64,000 bases of DNA from Acidimicrobiia bacterium. GTDB lineage: Bacteria > Actinomycetota > Acidimicrobiia > Spongiisociales > Spongiisociaceae. The notes under the pieces are model-generated. The model saw only the letters and a list, made by a program, of their open reading frames with translations, was not told where the DNA came from and did no database searches. The stretch covers positions 27,893 to 91,892 of the forward strand of contig JBFGLM010000013.1 in NCBI GenBank assembly GCA_041576165.1, in the 5' to 3' direction. This document shows positions 38,997-48,776 of this stretch, piece by piece. Every line of letters starts with the position of its first letter. The stretch's first letter is position 1. A program made the translations under genes and the position numbers.

Positions 38997-40463
38997 TCAA
39001 ACCTTCGACCGTACCGACCCAACGGCCGAACCCGCCAGGACCACCAGTCCGACCAGCGACGCCAGGATCTGAAGCCAATCCCCGAGCTGGGTATAGATGG
39101 TGGGGCCGGCGCTGCGGGTTCCCACCTTCCCGTGGAGTATCTCGCCCGTGAACAGGCCCGTCGGGCCGGCCACGCTGCCATCCGCACGCAGCACCGCCGA
39201 CCGACCGGTGATGGCGGCGTGTACGACGTCCACACCGTTCTCGGCCGCCCGCATGCGGCTCATCGCAATGAACTGATCGGCCGCCGGGCTATCGCCAAAG
39301 CTTGCCTCGTTGGTGGCAACCACGACGAGGTCGCCCCCTTTCGCCACCGCTGCCCGGGGATACCGAGCGAACGCGCCCTCATAGGAGATGACCGTTCCGA
39401 CCTGGTGGCCGCCGACGTCGAAGGTCACCGGTCCGGGCCCTCGGACCATATCGCGTGGAACCCGGTCGAGAGCCGGGATCCAGTCAAACAGGGGTCGGGC
39501 AGGCACGTACTCGCCGAACGGCACCGGGTGGGTCTTCCGATACTCCGCAACAATGGCGCCGCTCGGGTCGACCAACAGGTTCGAATTCACGAACTCAGTG
39601 TCACCTTCTGGTCGATCCCCCCCGACCAGGAGGTACACCCCGAGCCTCCGGGCCTCATTACCAATCAGTTCCGCGAACTCCGGATGGGCGATCGGGTCCG
39701 ACGAAAAACCGGTCGCGCTCTCCGGCCAGATCACCAGGTCTGTCTCGCCCGGCTCGAGCGACCGCGTCAGCTCGAGATGGTGCTCGAATATGATCCGCCG
39801 CTCATTCGGGCAGGTCGACCCCGGGCACGGGCTATTGCCCTGGATCACCGCAACCTGCAAGGCATCGCCATCCGCGGTGGCTGGAAAGGCGAGGCCCAAC
39901 GCACCGATCAGTACCGCCGCGCCCGGGATGATCGCTGCAGATCTCCACGTAAACCGCGAGCGAACCAGCAGGACCCCGGCAGCCGCCGAACCAACCAGAA
40001 GAACGGACCAACCGGACGCGCCGATCCACTGGGCCGAAGCCCGCAGGGGGGTGTTGTCAACGGTCAACCCCAGCACACCCCATGGAAAGCCACCCACCGG
40101 TGCCCGGACCCGCACCGCTTCGGACAGCGCCCACGCACCGACTACTGCGAGGAGCCAGGTCCAAGGGGCGGCGGTGCGGAACCTCCAGGCAACCCAGGCG
40201 ATCCAGACGAAGAAGAGCGCCTCGACCAGCACCAACGGGACATAGGCGATCAACTCGACGTTGTTGAGCCACCAGAGGAGCGGTCCAAAAAACGCCGCCC
40301 CTGCGAGGTAGCCCGAGACCAATGCCCGGGCGCGGGAGGCGGACCCCGTCCAGGTCCAGAGCAGAATCGCCACCCCCAGCCATGCTACGGGCGACCAGCT
40401 GAACGGTGGGTACCCGAGCACGAGGAGCAAGCCTCCGAGTACCGCACCCCCAAGTGTGCGCAT
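38997..40463 (-). CDS. lnt: Apolipoprotein N-acyltransferase
   Basis: GGFPWG, IQGN, WPES, YRKTHPVPFGEYVP, ISYE, TNEASF, MRAAE; start uncertain (up to 40532). Confidence 0.92.
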   Translation of the reverse strand: MRTLGGAVLGGLLLVLGYPPFSWSPVAWLGVAILLWTWTGSASRARALVSGYLAGAAFFGPLLWWLNNVELIAYVPLVLVEALFFVWIAWVAWRFRTAAPWTWLLAVVGAWALSEAVRVRAPVGGFPWGVLGLTVDNTPLRASAQWIGASGWSVLLVGSAAAGVLLVRSRFTWRSAAIIPGAAVLIGALGLAFPATADGDALQVAVIQGNSPCPGSTCPNERRIIFEHHLELTRSLEPGETDLVIWPESATGFSSDPIAHPEFAELIGNEARRLGVYLLVGGDRPEGDTEFVNSNLLVDPSGAIVAEYRKTHPVPFGEYVPARPLFDWIPALDRVPRDMVRGPGPVTFDVGGHQVGTVISYEGAFARYPRAAVAKGGDLVVVATNEASFGDSPAADQFIAMSRMRAAENGVDVVHAAITGRSAVLRADGSVAGPTGLFTGEILHGKVGTRSAGPTIYTQLGDWLQILASLVGLVVLAGSAVGSVRSKV

Positions 40464-40585
40464 GAGCGAGGATTGTATGTCGGAACGTCGGGCCGGCATC
40501 AGACGGGGCCACGGGTAGCGGTCGCAGCACACTCCAGGGCCGGGAATCCTTGCTGCGAAGGAGTCGGGCTGTCAGGGTACGCACA

Positions 40586-41566
40586 ATGTTGGCGGACGAG
40601 AGCATCACGGCCTTTTGGGAGGCTTGGCCCGACTTGAGGGAAGCCATAGAACACGACCTGGCTGCTGGGGAGTATGGCGAGGGAACAGCTGCCTTGACCG
40701 AATATGTAGAGGCGATCCATCCCGAACTCGAATGGGACGTTCGCTTCGGCATCTCAGCCGAGAACGCTCTATGCCTGACGTCGGGGGATCATCGACTGCG
40801 CCATCTGGCCGCCCGATGGGTGGACGCCGCCCCACCGCCGGACGAGAGATGGGAGTTCCACCCTGCCCGGCCGCCCATCGGCCCGGAGCTCTTCGAGCTG
40901 GACGGGCTCGATATCGATCCGACCGAGGCCCAGTTTTTCGCCGAGCTGGATCCGGACGCCGAACACCTCAGCATCATGGTGTCGCATCCGGCGTTCCAGG
41001 GCCTCGACGAGGCGAACCGTTTCCAAGCCACCTTCCGCATGCTCGATGACCTGCTCGGCGAGGACGGCACCGAGAAGTGGATCGACTCGGTCGATGCCTC
41101 GCCTGTGGCCCCGCGGAACGCGGCGCCGCTGACGGACCTGGTCCTCATGGTCGATGAACTGGCCGCCACCGCGACCGGCGAGCGCTGGATCGTGTTCGAG
41201 CCTGAGGATCCGCGGGATCCATCCAGCCTCGACGTGAATCTGGCGCTCAAGCGGCTCGACCACATCCACGCCACCGACTATGTATCGGCCAATCTGCACT
41301 TCGATGACGAAGCCGGCGTCGGTAGGCCCTCCGATGAGGATGCCCAACGCCTCGATGCCCTGGAAGAAGAGCTCCTGGCGGCGTTGGGCACGCGCGGGGT
41401 TGAGTTCGCCCGTGGCTTGTTTCCCGGCATCATGGTGCTCCACCTATATGTCCAGCCCGACGCCACGCCGATCGCCGAGGACTGGGCCCGGCGCCACCAA
41501 GACACCGTGTATCACCTCGAGGTCGAGTCCGATCCGGGGTGGGATCGCATGCACGAGCTGTACTGA
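40586..41566 (+). CDS. DUF695-like protein
   Basis: FWEAW, WEFHPAR, LDDLLGE, C-terminal DPGW pattern. Confidence 0.6.
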   Translation: MLADESITAFWEAWPDLREAIEHDLAAGEYGEGTAALTEYVEAIHPELEWDVRFGISAENALCLTSGDHRLRHLAARWVDAAPPPDERWEFHPARPPIGPELFELDGLDIDPTEAQFFAELDPDAEHLSIMVSHPAFQGLDEANRFQATFRMLDDLLGEDGTEKWIDSVDASPVAPRNAAPLTDLVLMVDELAATATGERWIVFEPEDPRDPSSLDVNLALKRLDHIHATDYVSANLHFDDEAGVGRPSDEDAQRLDALEEELLAALGTRGVEFARGLFPGIMVLHLYVQPDATPIAEDWARRHQDTVYHLEVESDPGWDRMHELY

Positions 41567-41624
41567 GTGGCGTCCGCAGACGTGCCCGGCGGGGGTAGGC
41601 TCCGCTCGCCACGAAAGGAGCCGG

Positions 41625-41990
41625 ATGAAGGAATCGCTCGCGCCGGGCCTGACGCACAGCCTCGACGTCGAGGTCTCGGCCGACATGTCCCCGAGCCATC
41701 TGGCCCCCCTGGTGGTTTTGTCGACCCCCAAGATGATCGAGCTCATGGAAATGGCCTCGCTGCAAGCAGCCGCGCCTCATCTGGACGACAACGAGACAAC
41801 GGTGGGCACACACGTCAACGTCAGCCATGAGGCAGCCGCCGGCGAGGGCGCGACCGTGACGGTGTCCAGCCAGCTCACCGGCGTCGATCAACGACGGCTG
41901 ACCTTTTCCGTTACAGCTCGGAACGGTGAGAGGGTGCTGGGGCGGGGCACCCATGAGCGAACGGTTGTAGACACCTCGAGATTCGGCTGA
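41625..41990 (+). CDS. FlK-like hot-dog thioesterase
   Basis: GAAAGGAG RBS; VLSTPKMIELME, TTVGTHVNVSH, GTHER. Confidence 0.88.
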   Translation: MKESLAPGLTHSLDVEVSADMSPSHLAPLVVLSTPKMIELMEMASLQAAAPHLDDNETTVGTHVNVSHEAAAGEGATVTVSSQLTGVDQRRLTFSVTARNGERVLGRGTHERTVVDTSRFG

Positions 41991-41996
41991 GGTAGC

Positions 41997-43568
41997 GTGC
42001 CAGCACTGATCTCAGCCGAACGGATCGCGGGGCGAGCAGAGGCTGATGCTGTGCTGGTCACCGGGGGACGGATCGATGCCGTAGGGCGTCGCGCGGACCT
42101 TCTCCGGCCGGCGATCCGGGAGGACCGATTCCCGGGCTGCACGATCATTGCGGGATTGGCCGACGCCCACTTTCACCCGGTTGGCTACACGGGCGCGCTC
42201 CGGAGGTTGGTGCTCAAGAACGCCACCGACTTCGCCGATCTGCTCGATCGCGTCTCAGCCGCCGAGCGAGACCTGCCTGCTGGCGAAACGCTGATAGGAA
42301 TTCGCCTGGACGACGAGACGCTTGCCGAGCGCGAGCTCCCGACCCGCCTGTTGCTCGACCAGGCGGCGCCCGACCGGCCCCTGATTCTGTATCGGTACTG
42401 CGGGCACATCGCAGTGACCAATACGGCGGGCCTGGCCGTTGCCGGTATCTCGCCCGACACACCCGACCCAGCGGGCGGGGCGTTCGATCGGGACGAACGC
42501 GGCCAACCCACGGGCGTGCTACGAGAAACGGCCATCTCCGCCGTCTCGTCCGCCATCGGCGATCGGGCAGCCGGCCTCACGCCCGCCCAGGTGGCAGAAG
42601 CCTCCCGATTGCTGGCCGCGATGGGATTGACCGGCCTCGGCGGCATCGTTGCCTACGGGACGTCCTTGTTGTGCGACGGATCCAACGAGCTGCAGCTGAT
42701 GCTGGACGCTGCGCCCGAGCTGGCAATCCCAGTATCCGTCCTCGTCGCCACCGAGGCTCCGGACGAACTCAGCGATGCGGCCGACCGGGTCAGCAGCGCG
42801 GGGCGGCGGTTGCGCTTCCACGGGGTAAAACTGTTCGCCGACGGTTCGTTGGGCGGGCACACCGCGGCGCTGCGCACGCCTTACGCCGACCGCCCCGACA
42901 ACCTTGGAACCCACCGGCTACCCATGGAGACCGCGTTGCCGGTTGCGCAACGAAGCCTCGACCTGGGCGGGAGCGTTGCCATCCACGCCATCGGCGACGC
43001 CGCGGTAGGCCACGTCCTCGACCTCTTCGAGCGCTTGCTCGACGCCGGAGCGGTTCCCGAGCGACTTCGTATGGAGCATGTGTCGCTCATCGCTGATGAC
43101 GACCTCGATCGGATGGCCTCCATGGGGATCACGGCATCGGTGCAGCCCGCGTTTCTGGCCTCGGAGTCCGACTGGCTGCCCAAACGGGTGGGCCGCCAGC
43201 GTCTGGCTTATGTATACCGGTTTCGATCGATGGCGCGGGCCGGGATCCCTCTGGCCGGGGGGTCGGATTGTCCGGTGGAGCCACCTCACCCTCTCCATGG
43301 GATCGCCGCCGCGATAGACCGCCACGGTATTGGGCCAGATGAGGCGGTGACGGTTGACCAGGCCCTGGAGATGTTCACGACTGGGGCCGCGGCGGCGATG
43401 GGCTTCCCGCCTCCTCTGAGCGAGGGCGCTCCGGCAAACCTGGCGATTCTCGATGGGGATCCGGCGTCGATGGGCCCTAGCGACATCCGGCGAGCGCATC
43501 TTCTGGCAACTTTCATCGATGGGAAGAGCCCGGCCCTTCCGGCCGACCAGCTCGACTGGCCGGGCTGA
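41997..43568 (+). CDS. YtcJ-like amidohydrolase
   Basis: GLADAHFH, KLFADGSLG, HAIGD, RMEH, GSDCPVE. Confidence 0.9.
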   Translation: MPALISAERIAGRAEADAVLVTGGRIDAVGRRADLLRPAIREDRFPGCTIIAGLADAHFHPVGYTGALRRLVLKNATDFADLLDRVSAAERDLPAGETLIGIRLDDETLAERELPTRLLLDQAAPDRPLILYRYCGHIAVTNTAGLAVAGISPDTPDPAGGAFDRDERGQPTGVLRETAISAVSSAIGDRAAGLTPAQVAEASRLLAAMGLTGLGGIVAYGTSLLCDGSNELQLMLDAAPELAIPVSVLVATEAPDELSDAADRVSSAGRRLRFHGVKLFADGSLGGHTAALRTPYADRPDNLGTHRLPMETALPVAQRSLDLGGSVAIHAIGDAAVGHVLDLFERLLDAGAVPERLRMEHVSLIADDDLDRMASMGITASVQPAFLASESDWLPKRVGRQRLAYVYRFRSMARAGIPLAGGSDCPVEPPHPLHGIAAAIDRHGIGPDEAVTVDQALEMFTTGAAAAMGFPPPLSEGAPANLAILDGDPASMGPSDIRRAHLLATFIDGKSPALPADQLDWPG

Positions 43569-43572
43569 CCGA

Positions 43573-43806
43573 TCAGGCCGCCCGGTCCCGGATGGCGGGC
43601 GCTACATCCTCGTAGTCTGCATGAGCGCCGGTGGCCTTTTTCGAGTAGACGAGGTCGCCGTCGACCTTCACCTCGAAGACTCCACCCGACGACGGGATCA
43701 AGGTGATCTCAAACTTCTGGCCGAATTCCTCGAAGATTGCTTCTGCCATGCCAACTGCACGGCCCGTGTAGTTTCAAGAACGGCAGAACTCGATGGTTAT
43801 TCGCAT
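43573..43806 (-). CDS. SelW/Rdx-family selenoprotein (CxxU), 77 aa with UGA read as Sec
   Basis: MRITIEFCRS-TGA-NYTGRA...LIPSSGGVFEVKVDGDLVYSKK; frame stays open after the TGA at 43774-43776. Confidence 0.88.
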
Positions 43807-43905
43807 GGGGCGATCATACCCACCCCGGCGGACGCCCACTCGGGGCGCCCGGATGCGAGCGGCGCCGAGTTCAGCCTCTCCGGAAAATGAGGTTATGCTC
43901 TTTCC

Positions 43906-44090
43906 GGCGTTGGCGCGCACTGCCAACCCGGGCCAAATGGCAGCCGTGAGGTGTGAGAGCTCGTCGCCGATTCTTCGGTCAGGATCCCTCAGACGAAGCA
44001 TTCCCGGCATCTGGGAATTGGCACAGCAGCGTTGATCACGGGCCTTTTGGCACCGGCGCCTCCGGGGAGGACGACTGTCCTCCGAACCGG
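43906..44090 (+). ncRNA. Candidate Ms1/6S-like structured RNA
   Basis: TATGCT -10 at 43894; 5' hairpin, long irregular rod (43928-44056) and 3' hairpin. Confidence 0.5.
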
Positions 44091-44219
44091 AACCCGCCGC
44101 CGCACCGTATATCTGAGTGACGGCCGGCAAATGTGAACAGAGTATGAGAATCGCCTGGTCACGGAAACAATCCATCCGCCGCCAACGTTGATATAGATGC
44201 CGGCTGAGAGGAGGCCATC

Positions 44220-44414
44220 ATGGCTGACACACTCAAGGGACAGCGTCTGACAGGTGGCGTTCGTCCGTCGCGCAGCTACGGCGAGGGTAGGAGCTGCAAG
44301 AAACAAGGTTGCGACACGAAGATTTCGATTTACAACCGGCGTGAGTTCTGTCATGTTCACGCTCCGGTAAAATATCCACGTGTGCGGGGACGGATCCTTC
44401 CCGAAGGCACCTGA
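44220..44414 (+). CDS. Small basic protein with CxxxxC...CxxH putative Zn ligands
   Basis: GAGGAGG RBS; 64 aa; followed by a terminator-like hairpin. Confidence 0.75.
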   Translation: MADTLKGQRLTGGVRPSRSYGEGRSCKKQGCDTKISIYNRREFCHVHAPVKYPRVRGRILPEGT

Positions 44415-44474
44415 TCCGCACCGGTAAGGTCAAGGCGCTCCGGAACTCTCTCTCCCCTCCCTCCGATGCGCCTT

Positions 44475-44510
44475 ACGAGGCCCCGGATGGCCCTGCCTCC
44501 GGGGCCTCGT
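44475..44510. terminator. Terminator-like hairpin
   Basis: 13-bp perfect stem ACGAGGCCCCGGA/TCCGGGGCCTCGT. Confidence 0.65.
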
Positions 44511-44586
44511 GTCGAGCTGACCACTCAGCGAGCAGCTCGGGCGCACCGGGCATTTGCGCCCCGAGTATTCCCCGGGACCAGGCGGA

Positions 44587-44940
44587 TCATGCCGCGAGCG
44601 GAGACGGATCGAGCAACTCCGACACTGCGAGGGACCCTTCTAGCAGTCCGTCGGCGTACACCAGTTGTGCCCCCAGCGACCGAACCATTGCCGCCGCGGC
44701 CCCATTGTGCGGGTGGACATAGAACTCCAGGATCTCCATCCCAAGGGTGGCCGCAGTCGGCGCGAGTGAGGCGACGAGGTAGCGGCCGATGCTCCGATAG
44801 GGGGCGGCCACCGTCGCGGCCACCTCGGCTTTGTGTGGTTCTCCGCCATGCGGACGAATCGGGATAGCCCGACGCACGTCTCACCGTCAAATGCTCCCAT
44901 AACGAGATGGTCGCGCAGGCGGACGGGCCGCCCGATGTAG
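44587..44940 (-). pseudogene. Frameshifted GNAT acetyltransferase remnant
   Basis: GAFDGETCVGLSRFVR in one frame continues as AEVAATVA..IGRYLV..VHPHNGAAAAMVRSLG in another; no clear N-terminus. Confidence 0.5.
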
Positions 44941-45168
44941 TCCCGCGCGGCAACCGAGCGGGCAGGCTCGTCGTCCGGTTTTTGGGTCAGTTTCTCGCCT
45001 CAGGCCATCAGCCGGCCGGTGGGTGAGTGCCGGCCCCGGCCCGTTGGGCCACATCGCGCGGTCAGGGCCACGACATCTCCGAATCTCTTGCGCCGATCGA
45101 CCCGATCGGCGTGTCCGCCCGGTGACGGACTGGTCCTGACGACGCTTTGCGTGAGTGGCCAGTTGTGG

Positions 45169-45196
45169 TACCCCACCCCTCCTGGGGTGGTATCAT
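45169..45196 (+). promoter_or_regulatory. CsoR-type operator overlapping -10 of csoR
   Basis: TACCCCACCCC-TCCT-GGGGTGGTA C/G-tract pseudo-palindrome overlapping TATCAT. Confidence 0.65.
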
Positions 45197-45202
45197 TGAG
45201 GT

Positions 45203-45502
45203 GTGAAACCCGAACACAAGCAGGGTGCGCTGAACCGCCTGAAGACGGTTCGGGGCCATCTGAACGCGGTCATCGACATGATCGAGGACGAGCGCTACTG
45301 CCCCGAGGTCATGAAGCAGGTATCGGCCCTGCAGTCATCGCTCGAAAAAGTGAACCGGATTCTCCTGCAGAATCATCTCGAAACTTGCGTGGCCCACGCG
45401 GTCGCCGAGGGACGCACCATCGAGATCGTCCAGGAGTTGATGGAGACGATGAAGTACACCGCCGCGATCACCGGCCCCGCACCCGTGAGAGGAGCATCAT
45501 GA
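45203..45502 (+). CDS. csoR: Copper-sensing repressor CsoR
   Basis: RLKTVRGHL, RYCPEV, NHLETCV (Cys, His, Cys ligands). Confidence 0.9.
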   Translation: MKPEHKQGALNRLKTVRGHLNAVIDMIEDERYCPEVMKQVSALQSSLEKVNRILLQNHLETCVAHAVAEGRTIEIVQELMETMKYTAAITGPAPVRGAS

Positions 45503-45708
45503 ACCGAGTCACGCTGTCGGTTCCAGACGTCAGCTGCGGGCACTGCAAGAGCTCGATTGAGGGATCGGTCGGACAGCTGGATGGGGTGGCACGGATCGAT
45601 GTCTCCGTCGAGGACAAATCGGTCGATGTTGAGTTCGACGAAGCGATCGTCCACCTCGATGCCATCACCGCTGCGATCGAGGACCAGGGCTACGAAGTAG
45701 CCAGCTGA
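45499..45708 (+). CDS. copZ: Copper chaperone CopZ
   Basis: VSCGHC HMA motif, IEDQGYEV. Confidence 0.92.
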   Translation: MNRVTLSVPDVSCGHCKSSIEGSVGQLDGVARIDVSVEDKSVDVEFDEAIVHLDAITAAIEDQGYEVAS

Positions 45709-47888
45709 TGCGCGAGGTCGTATTCGACGTTGACGGGATGACGTGTGCGTCGTGTGCAGCCCGGATAGAACGCGTCCTCGGCAAGCACGAACAGGTCGAG
45801 GAAGCGGTCGTGAACCTGGCCGCTCACGAAGCCCGGGTTCGGGTGGCAGGCGACGCCGACCTGGCTTCCCTGGAGGGCGCGGTTGCCAAGATCGGATACG
45901 CGCTGAAAGAACGCTCCGAAGCGGAACCGGCACGGGACATCGCAGCTCTCTACAGCGAAGAACAGCAACATCAGTGGCGGCTCTTTGTCATCGCGGCGGT
46001 GCTGACCGTTCCGACCCTCGTGCTGGCGATGAGCGGCCTGGAAAGCGGATGGGCTCGGTGGGCACAAGGAACGCTGACCGCCCCTGTCGTTTTCTACGCG
46101 GGTAGGCAGTTCCACCACGCGGCGCTGGTGCGGCTCAAGGCCCGCACCACCAACATGGACAGCCTGGTGTCGCTCGGCACCCAGGCTGCCTTCTGGTATT
46201 CGGTGTGGGCCCTGGTTGCCGGCGAAGCGATCTTCTTCGAAACGGCCGCCGCCATCATTACCTTCATCCTGCTGGGCCGGTATTTCGAGGCGCGTTCGAA
46301 GCGTTCGGCTTCTCAGGCGATCAGCCGCCTACTCCAGCTTGGCGCTCGGGAGGCCACGGTCGAGCGCGATGGGACCACCGTCACCGTGCCGGCGGACGCG
46401 GTCTTGCCGGGGGACATCATGCTGGTCCGACCGGGCGAGAAGATTCCGACGGACGGACGGATCGTGGACGGGCAATCCGCCGTCGACGAGAGCATGCTGA
46501 CGGGAGAATCGGTGCCGGTCGACCGTCAGGCGGGAGACGAAGTCTTCGGCGCCACCGTCAACCAACATGGCATGCTCCGTATCGAAGCGACCGCAGTGGG
46601 ACGCGACACTGCGCTAGCCCGGATCGTCCGTATGGTCGAGGAAGCGCAAGCCACCAAGGCCCCGATCCAGGCGCTGGCCGATCGGATCTCGTCCATTTTC
46701 GTCCCGCTCGTGCTGGTCGTTTCCGTGGCCACCTTCCTAGGTTGGCTCCTGATCGCAGGTGAGGCCGGCTCGGCGCTACGCCATGCGGTCGCCGTGATGA
46801 TCATCGCCTGTCCGTGCGCTCTCGGTCTCGCTACACCAACCGCCATCCTGGTCGGGTCGGGACGCGGAGCCCAGCTCGGCGTCGTGTTCAAATCCGCCGA
46901 CGTATTCGAACGCCTCGAACGGGTGGGCGTCGTTGCTTTTGACAAGACCGGAACATTGACCGCGGGGGTGATGCAGCTCACCGCCGTACAGGCGGATAAC
47001 GAGGTCGACTTCCTGCGGAAAGTGGGGTCGGTGGAGGCCGCTACCGGCCACCCCATCGGCCGGGCGGTGGCCGATGGCGCTGAGGCGCGTGGGATCGAGC
47101 TGGAGCAACCCACCGACGTGGAAATAGTCGCGGGACGGGGCGCAGTCGGCACGCTGCAGGGGACGAGGATCGTCATAGGTAAGCCCAAACTCGCGGCGGA
47201 TCTCGGCATCCACGTGCTCGAGGAGCACGCAGCGGCGGTGCGCGAATGGGAGCGCGAGGCGCTCACGGCGTTCGTGGCCGGCTGGGACGGCGAGTCGCGC
47301 GGGGCGCTCGCCGTAGGTGACGAAATCCGGCCGACGGCTCAAACGGCGGTCAGCGAGCTCCGTCAGGCCGGCATGGATGTGGCCATGATCACCGGCGACA
47401 ACGCCCGCACCGCGGAAGCCATCGCCAACCGCCTCAACATCGGAATGGTGGAGGCGGATGTGCTGCCCGGTGACAAAGCCGATGTGGTTCGAGAGTGGCA
47501 GGCGGAGGGAAAGCAGGTTGCATTTGTCGGAGACGGCGTCAATGACGCGCCGGCGCTGATGGTGGCCGATCTGGGGATGGCAGTGGGCAGCGGCAGCGAT
47601 GTGGCGATCGAGGCAGGTGACGTCACGCTCATGAGCGGCGATCCGGCCCTGACCCTCACAGCTATCCAGCTGGCCGCCCGAACCTTGCGCACCATCCGTC
47701 AAAACCTGGCGTGGGCCTTCATCTACAACGTGGTGGCGATTCCGGTTGCAGCGGCCGGGCTGCTGAGCCCGATGATTGCTTCCGCGGCGATGGCCATGTC
47801 GTCGGTTTCGGTGGTACTCAACAGCCTGCGCGTCCGCCGGTTCCACCCACGTCGCAACCCCCCTTCCGTAGAGGGAACCAGCAGCTAG
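45708..47888 (+). CDS. copA: P1B-1 Cu(I)-exporting ATPase
   Basis: GMTCASC, TGES, CPC, DKTGT, HP, GDGVND, YN and MAMSS. Confidence 0.93.
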   Translation: MREVVFDVDGMTCASCAARIERVLGKHEQVEEAVVNLAAHEARVRVAGDADLASLEGAVAKIGYALKERSEAEPARDIAALYSEEQQHQWRLFVIAAVLTVPTLVLAMSGLESGWARWAQGTLTAPVVFYAGRQFHHAALVRLKARTTNMDSLVSLGTQAAFWYSVWALVAGEAIFFETAAAIITFILLGRYFEARSKRSASQAISRLLQLGAREATVERDGTTVTVPADAVLPGDIMLVRPGEKIPTDGRIVDGQSAVDESMLTGESVPVDRQAGDEVFGATVNQHGMLRIEATAVGRDTALARIVRMVEEAQATKAPIQALADRISSIFVPLVLVVSVATFLGWLLIAGEAGSALRHAVAVMIIACPCALGLATPTAILVGSGRGAQLGVVFKSADVFERLERVGVVAFDKTGTLTAGVMQLTAVQADNEVDFLRKVGSVEAATGHPIGRAVADGAEARGIELEQPTDVEIVAGRGAVGTLQGTRIVIGKPKLAADLGIHVLEEHAAAVREWEREALTAFVAGWDGESRGALAVGDEIRPTAQTAVSELRQAGMDVAMITGDNARTAEAIANRLNIGMVEADVLPGDKADVVREWQAEGKQVAFVGDGVNDAPALMVADLGMAVGSGSDVAIEAGDVTLMSGDPALTLTAIQLAARTLRTIRQNLAWAFIYNVVAIPVAAAGLLSPMIASAAMAMSSVSVVLNSLRVRRFHPRRNPPSVEGTSS

Positions 47889-47900
47889 CCTCGCGGTCTT

Positions 47901-48746
47901 ATGGACCACGTCGTGTGGATCGAGCGCCCGTACCTCCGAAACCCGGTTGCGTTGGTGGCCTTTGAAGGCTGGAACGACGCAGCAGACGCCGCCTCTGGAG
48001 CCGTCTCCTACATCCTGGAACAGCACCAGGTGGAGCCTTTCGCCAAGATCGACACCGAAGAATTCATGAACTTTCAGCACACGCGCCCGCTGGTCGAGAT
48101 CACGGATGGCGATAGCCGGGAGATCCACTGGCCCGCCACAGGACTTTTCGCCGTGAATCTAGGCAACAGCGATCGCGACCTCGTTGTCGTGCTCGGCGAC
48201 GAACCGCACCTGCGATGGAAGACGTACTGTCGGGCGCTGCTGAGCGCCTTGCGTGAAGTGGGCGTCTCCCACGTAACCACTATGGGTGCCTTCATCGGCC
48301 AGGTTGCCCATACCTTGCCAGTCCCAGTCTTTGGTGTTGCGACCGAGCCGGAGCTCGTGAACAGTCACGGCCTCTTCGGGTCCAACTACGAAGGCCCAAC
48401 CGGGATCGTGGGAGTCCTCAACCACGCGGCCGTCAACGAAGGTTTTGAGACGTTGAGCTTGTGGGCGGCGATCCCCCACTACCTGGCCGCCAATCCCAAC
48501 CCCAAAGCGATGCTGGCTCTGCTGCGCACCGTGAACGACGTGATGGGCCACAACCTGGATCTGGCCGAGCTCGATGACGATGCTCGAATCTTCGAAACAA
48601 GGGTCGATGAAGCTGTTCAAGAGTCGGGCGACATCGTGCGCTACGTCCGCCAGCTGGAAGAAGAGTCGGACCAGACCTCGATCAGGCCCATAGACGGCGA
48701 CGAACTCGTCGAAGAGATCGAGCGTTTCTTGCGCGACGCCGACTGA
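47901..48746 (+). CDS. PAC2 family protein
   Basis: AFEGWNDAADAAS, GDEPHLRW, YEGPTGI, WAAIPHY. Confidence 0.9.
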   Translation: MDHVVWIERPYLRNPVALVAFEGWNDAADAASGAVSYILEQHQVEPFAKIDTEEFMNFQHTRPLVEITDGDSREIHWPATGLFAVNLGNSDRDLVVVLGDEPHLRWKTYCRALLSALREVGVSHVTTMGAFIGQVAHTLPVPVFGVATEPELVNSHGLFGSNYEGPTGIVGVLNHAAVNEGFETLSLWAAIPHYLAANPNPKAMLALLRTVNDVMGHNLDLAELDDDARIFETRVDEAVQESGDIVRYVRQLEEESDQTSIRPIDGDELVEEIERFLRDAD

Positions 48747-48776
48747 CGCCGCGCATCGGCACTCAGTACTGCGGCC

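Noticed and set aside
33975-40637. Long antisense ORFs (33975..36239 -, 38616..40637 +, and similar elsewhere)
   Set aside because: Shadow frames of real high-GC genes; no motifs or start signals.
43976-44003. SRP (4.5S) RNA, suggested by UCAGG...AGCA
   Set aside because: The segment between CAGG and AGCA is 13 nt and lacks the 3-bp stem plus GNRA tetraloop of helix 8.
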